The notes beneath the pieces were generated by a model. That model searched no databases. It was not told where the DNA came from and worked only from the letters and a program-made list of their open reading frames with translations. Positions 26,137 through 32,732 of a stretch of DNA of 64,000 nt are shown here, in pieces. Source of the stretch: Candidatus Omnitrophota bacterium (GTDB taxonomy: Bacteria > Omnitrophota > Gorgyraeia > Zapsychrales > Fredricksoniimonadaceae); the NCBI GenBank assembly GCA_037131245.1, contig JBAXRK010000007.1:7226-71225 (forward strand). Reading direction: 5' to 3'. How positions within the stretch are numbered: the first letter of the stretch is position 1; every line of letters begins with the position of its first letter. Made by a program: the position numbers and the translations under genes.

Positions 26137-26175
26137 ATCCCGGTATTGTTGAAAAACATTACCGGGATAATTTTT
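26137..26175 (+). terminator. Rho-independent terminator candidate (ATCCCGGTA...TACCGGGAT + T5)
   Basis: A 9-bp outer stem has further inner pairing. It is followed by AATTTTT. Confidence 0.5.
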
Positions 26176-26203
26176 GCATTTCGCATGGTTCGTTTGCTAT
26201 ACT
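26174..26203 (+). promoter_or_regulatory. Sigma70-like promoter TTGCAT-N18-TATACT
   Basis: The hexamers are at 26174-26179 and 26198-26203, upstream of the 97-aa secreted protein gene. Confidence 0.45.
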
Positions 26204-26240
26204 TTAGCGGGGTTGTTAGGTTGGTAACCGAAAGGACAAG

Positions 26241-26534
26241 ATGAACAAGGGCTCCAGGCTGGTCGTTGTGCTGTTGCTGTTGTTGAGTGTGGCTTGTCCG
26301 GCGCAGGCGTCGTTGATGCGCGCGGATATGAGCCTTGTCCGTGGTAAAGTGATCAGTTACAATCCCAAGACCAGGGCGCTGGTGGTGGACGGTAACCGCG
26401 GGGAGGGCAAGGTGAGCTTCGACCTTTCCGCCGCGCAGGTGACGGTGGCGACCAATCCCGGTGAAGAAGTTGTTGTGATCTACAAGGTGGACGGAAAGAA
26501 GGCCACGCTGGTGAAGCCGCCACCGAAGCGATAG
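26241..26534 (+). CDS. Small secreted protein, unknown function
   Basis: The signal peptide is MNKGSRLVVVLLLLLSVACPAQA/S. It is 97 aa and is followed by a strong terminator. Confidence 0.55.
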   Translation: MNKGSRLVVVLLLLLSVACPAQASLMRADMSLVRGKVISYNPKTRALVVDGNRGEGKVSFDLSAAQVTVATNPGEEVVVIYKVDGKKATLVKPPPKR

Positions 26535-26558
26535 TAAGACATTTGTGTTAATAAAAAA

Positions 26559-26587
26559 GCCTCGTGTTTGTTCACGAGGCTTTTTTT
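26559..26587 (+). terminator. Rho-independent terminator GCCTCGTG-TTTGTT-CACGAGGC + T7
   Basis: A perfect 8-bp GC-rich stem is preceded by an A-run and followed by seven T. It could act in both directions. Confidence 0.75.
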
Positions 26588-26638
26588 GTTTTGCGTGATC
26601 CCGCCGGTTTTCTCTTGAATTTTTATTGGGTAAATGGA

Positions 26639-26679
26639 GCTGCCCTGAAATTCCAGGTTAACCGGAATTTCAGGGCAGC
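26639..26679. repeat. 16-bp-arm hairpin GCTGCCCTGAAATTCC...GGAATTTCAGGGCAGC (CTGAAAT-core hairpin, copy 1)
   Basis: The inverted repeat is perfect and was read directly. The loop contains the palindrome GGTTAACC. The core is shared with the hairpin at 31391-31420. Confidence 0.7.
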
Positions 26680-26722
26680 ATTGTTTTTCTCTGAGAAAAG
26701 ATTTTGAGGAAAAACAATGCTG
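26676..26722 (-). other. 14-bp stem pairing the tRNA-Leu 3' end plus trailer (CAGCATTGTTTTTC) with a downstream complement
   Basis: Arms 26676-26689 and 26709-26722 are perfectly complementary. The right arm includes the last 5 nt of the tRNA. The left arm overlaps the previous hairpin by 4 nt. Confidence 0.6.
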
Positions 26723-26800
26723 GAGGTGGGACTCGAACCCACACACCCGTTAAGATATCGGTTTTTGAGACCGACGCGTATACCGTTCCGCCACTCCAGC
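26718..26800 (-). tRNA. tRNA-Leu (anticodon CAA), long variable arm, no encoded CCA
   Basis: The reverse complement GCTGGAGTGGCGGAACGG...TCGGTCTCAAAAACCGA...GTGGGTTCGAGTCCCACCTCCAGCA folds as a cloverleaf. The anticodon loop is CTCAAAA. Confidence 0.9.
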
Positions 26801-26825
26801 AATATCACAAAATAAGCAGGACTAC

Positions 26826-26854
26826 TTTATAGCAGAATTCTTTTGCGCCGTAAA
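26826..26854 (-). promoter_or_regulatory. Sigma70-like promoter TTTACG-N17-TATAAA for tRNA-Leu
   Basis: Read on the minus strand. The -10 lies about 25 nt upstream of the tRNA 5' end. Confidence 0.5.
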
Positions 26855-27068
26855 GAGTGTTCTTAGCAATAAATCAGCGTTTTAATTTTTCCACCGATTT
26901 TGCCCCAAATCGTGTTATTTAGACTAAATCCCCTTCATCTTCATGGCTTTACGATAATTAGCCATCTTTAGGCAAGAAAACGCTTTCCCTTATAACGCCT
27001 CGTTGCCCCCGTTTCCCCCTATTAATATTGTAAACTTATCTAGTAGTGTCCTTGGCAAGGGAAGGGTT

Positions 27069-30000
27069 ATGAACAATTTTGGCGTATATAAAAATTTGAT
27101 CCTGCGCAGGGTTGTGGCGTCTTTAGTGCTGTTGGCATTTTTGCTGACCAGCGTGATCGCGCCCGGCCACTATGCTTATGCCCAGGCGGCTTTTCAACTT
27201 CCCGCGGCGGGCACGCGGATCGATTTTAGCCCGTCTTTTACGCCGCCGGTCCTCAAGGGTATTAAGGTTTATCCGGAGAATCCTTTTCGTTTCGATTTTA
27301 TCCTTGATAAGGGGAACTCCCCGGACGTTGGCGACGCAATAAAAGATGAATCGCTCCGGCTGGTTAAATATTTTATGGCGTCGCTCACCGTGCCCGAGAA
27401 AGACCTTTGGGTCAACTTGTCGCCCTATGAAAAGGACCGCATTGTGCCGGAGGCTTTCGGCCAGACGGAAATGGGGCGCGATATCCTGGCGCAGGATTAC
27501 ATTCTTAAACAGATCACCGCGTCGGCCATTTACCCGGAAGGGGATACCGGCAAGAAATTCTGGGCCAGGGTGTATCAGCTTGCGTCGGAGAAGTATGGCA
27601 CCACGGATATCCCGCTCGACACCTTCAATAAGGTTTGGATCGTTCCGCAGAAAGCCGTGGTTTATGAGAACGCGGCAAGCGGTACAGCTTATATCGTTGA
27701 GAGCAAGTTAAAGGTCATGCTGGAGAGCGATTATCTGGCGCTGGAGAAGAATGCCGGCCTTGCCGCGGCGCCTCAGGTTGATCCAAGGGTAAATGAGAGC
27801 CAGGAATTGGCCAAGAATGTTATTCGCGATATTGTCCTGCCTTTGTTGGAGCGGGAAGTTAACGAGGGTGGTAACTTTATCAGGCTAAGGCAAGTGTTCC
27901 AGTCGCTTATTTTGGCGGCCTGGTATAAAAAGAAGATCAAGGACAGCCTTCTGTCGCAGGTTTACTCGGATAAGAACAAGATAAGTGGTGTGAGTATAGA
28001 CGACCCAAAGGAAGCCGAGAAAATCTGGGCGCAGTATGTGGAGGCGTTCAAGAAGGGCGTTTACAACTACATCAAGGAAGAGAAAGATCCGCTGACGGAT
28101 GAATTGATCCCGAGAAAGTATTTCTCCGGCGGAGTGATCTTAACGTTGGATCCAGATGGCGCTCAATCGGTTCTTGAGATCAAGGAAGGTGCGGCGAACA
28201 GGCCTGGGGGCTCATTAAATAATGCGTCGCAAAATGTTCTGTCAGTTTTTTTTAAACCATTCTTTAGACCCAATAGTTCCCCAAAGAGTGTTCAGGCGGA
28301 AATGCAGCCAGTAGCGGCTCCGGTTGTCGAGCCTGTTCTTTCAGATGAAGACAGGTCATTGTTGAAAGATCAAGAAATCTTTAGGCAACTATATGACGGG
28401 AAGATCGGTTCGATAGCGGACATGTGGCGTGAAGTTGAGTACAGGATCCAGGAACACCCTGCTTTTCGTGCAATGTTCATAGGGAATGAACTGACTGATC
28501 AGGCGCGCTCTTTTTTCCTGGATGTCCTGGCAGACCCGAGCTTGGAGTATCGCGATATCGCGTTTGATAAGCTAGGTAAGACCGTTATTTTTAATCGCAA
28601 GGATATCAGTTCAACCCATCGCGAGGCGGTGCTGGAGTATACACTGCGCATGGCCGGGACACTTTCAATTGATGAATTGCGGAAAGCGCTTCCGGATGTT
28701 TTGTCCGGCATGAGATTGGCCTTTTCGGCCGGAAAACAGCTTGATTCTTACCTTGCGGTTTTAATAAAGATGGGCCCGGAGGCCGCGGATGCCGCCAAGG
28801 AGTTGACTTTGATTCTTGACGGGGGGATCTCTTCGCCAGGCCCGATCTATAAGGCCCTGGCTCACATTGGCTCGACAGAAGCTGTTGATAAGATCGAGGA
28901 GGGATTGAAGGACGCCCGCCCTGAAAGAGTGAAGGGAGCGGTTGAGGCTCTTAGGGATGTTCGTTTAAATTCTCCGGGAGAAGTGTTACCAAAGACTTTG
29001 GTTGATTTGTTTAGAAAGCATGTCAGGGAGAGTTCCGAGTTGTTGTTGCTCACAACACAGGCCGTGAGAATGGTCAATCATCTTTTTACCATAGAAGAAG
29101 CTAAATTGATGGATTTGTTGGGGAGTAGAGAAAATATTGAAAAATTCTACGCCCTACCCTCGGAGTTCCAGGCTGCCGTGAGGCAACAGACTGAGGTTTC
29201 TTTGGCGCAGGGGTTGTTGCAGTTTATTGTCGAGGTACGAAAGAATCCGTACAAATCAACGACTATTGACCTGATCAGATCAATGTGGGTCCTCCCACCA
29301 GGGTTGATAGCCGGCTTGTTTATTGATCTTCTTTCAAATTCCCCAAGAGAACCACTGCGCAAGATCAAAGACGATGCCCGTGGAAAGTTGCTGGAAGAAT
29401 TTATCTCGCGTGTCATGAACAAGGATGCCGAGGGATTCAAAACATTGCTCTGGGACCGTTTAAAAGATGACCAAAAGGATATGATCAGGGAGTATATCAA
29501 GTCCTTTGCGCACATTCGTTTAAATATTCATCAACTTGAGTTAATGTTCCCGGAAACGATAGGGCAATTAAGCAGTCCCGCCGTTGATTACATTGATACG
29601 AAGGAGCTTGTGAATAAGAGTGAAGTTGAGGAACTCAAGGAGCGATTTAAAGATGCGCAGATAGAGGTCCATGAACCAAATAATAGAAATCAGGATGAAG
29701 TGGAGACAGCGATCATGGGTATTGCGAGCGACATTACCAGGCCCATGTTTAAGTCTTCAGAAGAACTTATAGAATTCAAGAAGAGCCTGCAGGCTGATTT
29801 TTTGACATCTCACAGTCATGCCCGGGTTATTTTACTAAGAGATAGTCCTTCAGGAAAAGTAATTGCTTATGCTATTTACAAAATGGACGCCGGAGATGAA
29901 GGTATATTTGCTGGTTATTTAAGCCATCTTGCTGCAGATAAACAATACATAGGTGCCGGCGGAATCCTGCTTGCGTATGCCGTTAAGAATATGCGAGATA

Positions 30001-30476
30001 TGGGTCTGTTAAGTGCGGTTTACAAGCCGGTCAATAGTGCGGTGGTGGTTGGGTTTTATGATCGATGGGTTCAAAAGAGGCAGGAATCCTCGGAAAGTAA
30101 GGTTATGGTAAAAGGCTTTAGTAATGAAAAGGGCGATGGCAATTATAGTCTTAATTTTCCTGAGTATGGTGATTATGAAAAACGCTGGGACAATGCTCCA
30201 GACATGAGGGAGTCGGAGAAAAGTTCAACCGCGCCCGTGACTGAAAAAGGCGCAAATGTGGCTACGACTGAAGATAATGCTGCAGCGGCAAACGGCGGTA
30301 TCGACTTAGCGCCGGATATGATGGACCTTCAGGTGAAGAATGGTTCTGGCGCGATCAAATTCAATTTCGATCCCGCGATGATCGAGCAAATGCAGAACGC
30401 CCCCGGATTTACTCCCGAGATCCTCGACATGCACCCGTTGAATAGCGTGCAGACCTTCTTAGGTTTGTCTGAATAG
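27069..30476 (+). CDS. Large (1135 aa) membrane-anchored/secreted protein: conserved N-terminal domain, HEAT-like repeats, GNAT-like motif, conserved-looking C-terminal tail
   Basis: ATG 27069 follows GGGAAGGG. The N-terminal hydrophobic segment is VVASLVLLAFLLTSVIAPGHYAYA. HEAT/PBS-lyase-like ALAHIGSTEAVDKIEEGLKDARPERVKGAVEALRDV is present. QYIGAG (nt 29942-29959) fits GNAT motif A (Q/R-x-x-G-x-G/A). GC drops from about 63% (5' part) to 35-42% (3' part) by hand counts. Confidence 0.6.
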   Translation: MNNFGVYKNLILRRVVASLVLLAFLLTSVIAPGHYAYAQAAFQLPAAGTRIDFSPSFTPPVLKGIKVYPENPFRFDFILDKGNSPDVGDAIKDESLRLVKYFMASLTVPEKDLWVNLSPYEKDRIVPEAFGQTEMGRDILAQDYILKQITASAIYPEGDTGKKFWARVYQLASEKYGTTDIPLDTFNKVWIVPQKAVVYENAASGTAYIVESKLKVMLESDYLALEKNAGLAAAPQVDPRVNESQELAKNVIRDIVLPLLEREVNEGGNFIRLRQVFQSLILAAWYKKKIKDSLLSQVYSDKNKISGVSIDDPKEAEKIWAQYVEAFKKGVYNYIKEEKDPLTDELIPRKYFSGGVILTLDPDGAQSVLEIKEGAANRPGGSLNNASQNVLSVFFKPFFRPNSSPKSVQAEMQPVAAPVVEPVLSDEDRSLLKDQEIFRQLYDGKIGSIADMWREVEYRIQEHPAFRAMFIGNELTDQARSFFLDVLADPSLEYRDIAFDKLGKTVIFNRKDISSTHREAVLEYTLRMAGTLSIDELRKALPDVLSGMRLAFSAGKQLDSYLAVLIKMGPEAADAAKELTLILDGGISSPGPIYKALAHIGSTEAVDKIEEGLKDARPERVKGAVEALRDVRLNSPGEVLPKTLVDLFRKHVRESSELLLLTTQAVRMVNHLFTIEEAKLMDLLGSRENIEKFYALPSEFQAAVRQQTEVSLAQGLLQFIVEVRKNPYKSTTIDLIRSMWVLPPGLIAGLFIDLLSNSPREPLRKIKDDARGKLLEEFISRVMNKDAEGFKTLLWDRLKDDQKDMIREYIKSFAHIRLNIHQLELMFPETIGQLSSPAVDYIDTKELVNKSEVEELKERFKDAQIEVHEPNNRNQDEVETAIMGIASDITRPMFKSSEELIEFKKSLQADFLTSHSHARVILLRDSPSGKVIAYAIYKMDAGDEGIFAGYLSHLAADKQYIGAGGILLAYAVKNMRDMGLLSAVYKPVNSAVVVGFYDRWVQKRQESSESKVMVKGFSNEKGDGNYSLNFPEYGDYEKRWDNAPDMRESEKSSTAPVTEKGANVATTEDNAAAANGGIDLAPDMMDLQVKNGSGAIKFNFDPAMIEQMQNAPGFTPEILDMHPLNSVQTFLGLSE

Positions 30477-30593
30477 ACTGCCTTCCAGTTGTGGTCATCA
30501 AATAATAATTGATAAATAATCAACGCGTTGATAAAGTATTCCACCCCCTGTTAGTTCGTAGTTAATCCATGTTTAGTCTCTTTTCGGCTAAGG

Positions 30594-30621
30594 TTGACTA
30601 ATATACCAAATATGGTATATT
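30594..30621 (+). promoter_or_regulatory. Promoter TTGACT-N16-TATATT overlapped by a 20-bp palindrome ATATACCA-AATA-TGGTATAT (candidate antitoxin operator)
   Basis: The hexamers are at 30594-30599 and 30616-30621. The palindrome at 30601-30620 was read directly. It lies 17 nt upstream of the toxin ATG, with AAGGGG as RBS. Confidence 0.55.
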
Positions 30622-30637
30622 TACAAGGGGATACGCA

Positions 30638-30988
30638 ATGAGGTTGCTTGTTTTTGTAGGTGCTTCTCGGGAAGATCTTAAGCAGTTTCCAGAGGAGGTG
30701 CGTCAGGATGTCGGGTTTGCGTTATATCAAGCTCAATGTGGCGGTAAGACATATGCCGCAAGATCTTTAAAAGGGTTTGGCTGTTCTGGTGTCCTAGAGA
30801 TCAGGGAAGACCACGATGGCGATACATACAGGGCCGTTTATACGGTGAAATTTGGGGAAGTAATTTATGTGTTACATTGTTTTCAAAAGAAGTCAAAGAG
30901 CGGGATTCGGACACCGCTTCAAGATATTGAGTTGATCAAGCGGCGTTTGAGAGCCGCAGAGGAAGATCATAAAGCGAACTATAAGTGA
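30638..30988 (+). CDS. Type II toxin, RelE/ParE superfamily, phage Gp49/HigB-like (DUF891)
   Basis: It is 116 aa. DLKQFPEEVRQDVGFALYQAQCGGK...LKGFG.SGVLEIRED..GDTYRAVYTVKFGEVIYVLHCFQKKSK matches the Gp49-like toxin pattern from memory. The toxin-first gene order is typical of HigBA. Confidence 0.7.
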   Translation: MRLLVFVGASREDLKQFPEEVRQDVGFALYQAQCGGKTYAARSLKGFGCSGVLEIREDHDGDTYRAVYTVKFGEVIYVLHCFQKKSKSGIRTPLQDIELIKRRLRAAEEDHKANYK

Positions 30989-30995
30989 GGCGGTC

Positions 30996-31337
30996 ATGAG
31001 GATAAAAGAGAAGATCCATAGAAGCAGTGGTAATGTTTTTGCGGATATTGGCTTGTATCATCCCGAGAGGGTCATGGCGCGAGCCCAGGTCATGTTACGG
31101 ATCACTGAGATCATCAGGGAGCGCGGTTTGACGCAGAAAGCAACTGCTGAACTGTTAGGGATCCCTCAGTCTAAGGTGTCTTGCCTGATGAATGGTAAAC
31201 TTAGCATGTTTTCTTTAGATCATCTTTTTGCGTTATTAAATATTTTGGGCCGGGAGGTTGAGATCGTTATTCGTCCGGGAAGGGCACCCGACCGAGTGGC
31301 AGCTACACATGTGTCGATGGCCGCGGCTTGTTCTTGA
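30996..31337 (+). CDS. XRE-family HTH antitoxin (HigA-like)
   Basis: SGNVFADIG and the HTH segment LTQKATAELLGIPQSKVSCLMNGK..FSLDHL are present. It starts 8 nt after the toxin stop. Confidence 0.7.
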   Translation: MRIKEKIHRSSGNVFADIGLYHPERVMARAQVMLRITEIIRERGLTQKATAELLGIPQSKVSCLMNGKLSMFSLDHLFALLNILGREVEIVIRPGRAPDRVAATHVSMAAACS

Positions 31338-31363
31338 GCTAACTTGCCCCGAAAAGGCCCTGG

Positions 31364-31385
31364 CCCCCGAAGGGGGATTGTTTTC
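31364..31385 (+). terminator. Weak terminator candidate CCCCC-GAA-GGGGG followed by ATTGTTTT
   Basis: It is a 5-bp GC stem only. It lies downstream of the antitoxin gene. Confidence 0.3.
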
Positions 31386-31390
31386 AACGA

Positions 31391-31420
31391 GGTCTGAAAT
31401 CCGGGGACGGATTTCAGACC
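31391..31420. repeat. 13-bp-arm hairpin GGTCTGAAATCCG-GGGA-CGGATTTCAGACC (CTGAAAT-core hairpin, copy 2)
   Basis: The inverted repeat is perfect with a GNRA-type tetraloop. It shares the CTGAAAT/ATTTCAG core with 26639-26679 and holds the same position relative to a minus-strand tRNA. Confidence 0.7.
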
Positions 31421-31504
31421 ACCATCTATCTTCTCTTATAAAAAAGAAAAACTTTCACTCCCTTACGGGTAATGAAAGTTTTTCTTGGAGAAGATAGATG
31501 GTGG
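31419..31504 (-). terminator. Composite rod-like hairpin 3' of tRNA-Ala: 17-bp outer stem (includes the tRNA CCACCA end) enclosing a 13-bp terminator hairpin + T-run
   Basis: The outer arms 31419-31435 and 31488-31504 are perfectly complementary (CCACCATCTATCTTCTC / GAGAAGATAGATGGTGG). The inner arms are 31445-31457 and 31473-31485 (AGAAAAACTTTCA / TGAAAGTTTTTCT). TTTTT follows on the minus strand. Confidence 0.65.
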
Positions 31505-31574
31505 AGCTGAGGGGGATCGAACCCCTGACCTCCTGAATGCCATTCAGGCGCTCTCCCAGCTGAGCTACAGCCCC
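31499..31574 (-). tRNA. tRNA-Ala (anticodon GGC), CCA encoded
   Basis: The reverse complement is GGGGCTGTAGCTCAGCTGGGAGAGCGCCTGAATGGCATTCAGGAGGTCAGGGGTTCGATCCCCCTCAGCTCCACCA. The anticodon loop is ATGGCAT. Confidence 0.92.
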
Positions 31575-31589
31575 ATAAAATCGAAGGGG

Positions 31590-31618
31590 AATATAACATC
31601 CGCAGTATCCTTTGTCAA
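31590..31618 (-). promoter_or_regulatory. Sigma70 consensus-like promoter TTGACA-N17-TATATT for tRNA-Ala
   Basis: Read on the minus strand. The -10 ends 15 nt upstream of the tRNA 5' end. Confidence 0.6.
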
Positions 31619-31707
31619 AGGCAAAAAATGTATTACAAGGGGTTCATTTTGCCTTGTCCAAGGCGGAGCAACCTCCGCCAAGACAAGGAAAGAGTAGAAA
31701 GAGCGCA

Positions 31708-31739
31708 TTGTAAACCAAGATACTTATTCCGGTTGACAA
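31708..31739 (+). promoter_or_regulatory. BirA operator (bioO-like) TTGTAAACC-N14-GGTTGACAA overlapping a TTGACA -35 box
   Basis: This is an inverted repeat with one mismatch to the known BirA site consensus TGTAAACC-N14/15-GGTTTACA. It lies directly upstream of the birA-bio operon. TTGACA (31733-31738) followed by TAAAAT (31757-31762, 18-nt spacer) looks like the promoter. Confidence 0.7.
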
Positions 31740-31760
31740 TGTCTTATCCCGCGAATTAAA

Positions 31761-32732
31761 ATGCCTTCCATGCGTTCCAGGATCCTTCAACAGTTAAGAA
31801 AGACCGACGGGTTCATCTCCGGGGAAGATTTGAGCCGCGAGCTTGGCGTAAGCCGTGCCGCCGTCTGGAAGTGTATCGAGGACCTTCGGTCGGACGGGTA
31901 CAAGATCGAAGCCCTGCCGCATCATGGCTATAAACTTACGGCTTCAACGGATAAATTGATCGCCGTGGAAGTGCAGCACGGGTTGGGAACACGGAAATTC
32001 GGCTGTGACGTTCGGTATTTTGATGAGATGCCCTCAACGATGGATGAAGGTTTTCAGCTGGGGATGAACGGCGCGCCCGAAGGCACGCTGGTGGTCGCTG
32101 AAACGCAAACCAAAGGCCGCGGGCGGCTTGGCCGCGCGTGGTCATCGCCGAAAGGCAAGGGCTTGTATTGTTCTTTGCTCCTTCGTCCCGCGCTTTCAAC
32201 TGCTGAAGCGGCGCGACTAACACTGGTCTCGGCCGTGGCTTTGAGTGAAGCGGTTGAAACGGTCACGGGCCTCAGGCCTCTGATCAAGTGGCCGAACGAT
32301 CTTTTGCTAAGCGGCAAGAAACTTGCCGGAATATTGACGGAGTTACGCGCCGAGGTCGATCGGGTGGATTTCGCGGTTGTCGGGATAGGGCTTAACGTTA
32401 ACAGCGCTGTGAAAGAGCTTCCGCCGGAGGGGACGTCGCTGAGTGAGGTGAAGGGCGAGCTTTGTGACCGGGCTGAAATATTAAGAGCTTTTCTGCGTTG
32501 TTTTGAAAAGAGATACTTACAGTTGAAAAAGAGCGGCTTCGGGTCCGCGCTCGAGGAATGGCGCCGGCGGTCGGCGACTATCGGACGCCGGGTGCGTTTT
32601 GAAGAACGTGGCCGCCAACGCGAAGGCCTGGCGACAGGCCTTGATGAGGACGGTGGCCTTCTGGTACGGCTCGATACCGGTGAGATCATTAAACGGATGG
32701 CCGGGGATGTTATTCTGGAGGTTAAGGGGTGA
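31761..32732 (+). CDS. birA: Bifunctional biotin operon repressor / biotin-[acetyl-CoA-carboxylase] ligase
   Basis: It has an N-terminal winged HTH (ISGEDLSRELGVSRAAVWKCIEDLR) and the GRGRLGRAW biotin-ligase motif. The true start may be ATG 31770 (see finding). Confidence 0.88.
   Translation: MPSMRSRILQQLRKTDGFISGEDLSRELGVSRAAVWKCIEDLRSDGYKIEALPHHGYKLTASTDKLIAVEVQHGLGTRKFGCDVRYFDEMPSTMDEGFQLGMNGAPEGTLVVAETQTKGRGRLGRAWSSPKGKGLYCSLLLRPALSTAEAARLTLVSAVALSEAVETVTGLRPLIKWPNDLLLSGKKLAGILTELRAEVDRVDFAVVGIGLNVNSAVKELPPEGTSLSEVKGELCDRAEILRAFLRCFEKRYLQLKKSGFGSALEEWRRRSATIGRRVRFEERGRQREGLATGLDEDGGLLVRLDTGEIIKRMAGDVILEVKG

Noticed and set aside
26480-26808. Two minus-strand ORFs (88 aa and 61 aa) between the small secreted-protein gene and the islet
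   Set aside because: They run through a rho-independent terminator, two long hairpins and the tRNA-Leu gene. The region is better explained by those RNA features.
30505-30540. Direct/inverted TTGATAA motifs (TTGATAAATAATCAA, then TTGATAA again) downstream of the giant ORF
   Set aside because: These are short AT-rich motifs in a low-GC intergenic stretch. With only two copies and no associated gene, they are indistinguishable from chance.
31485-31697. 70-aa plus-strand ORF
   Set aside because: It is the antisense reading of tRNA-Ala and its promoter region.
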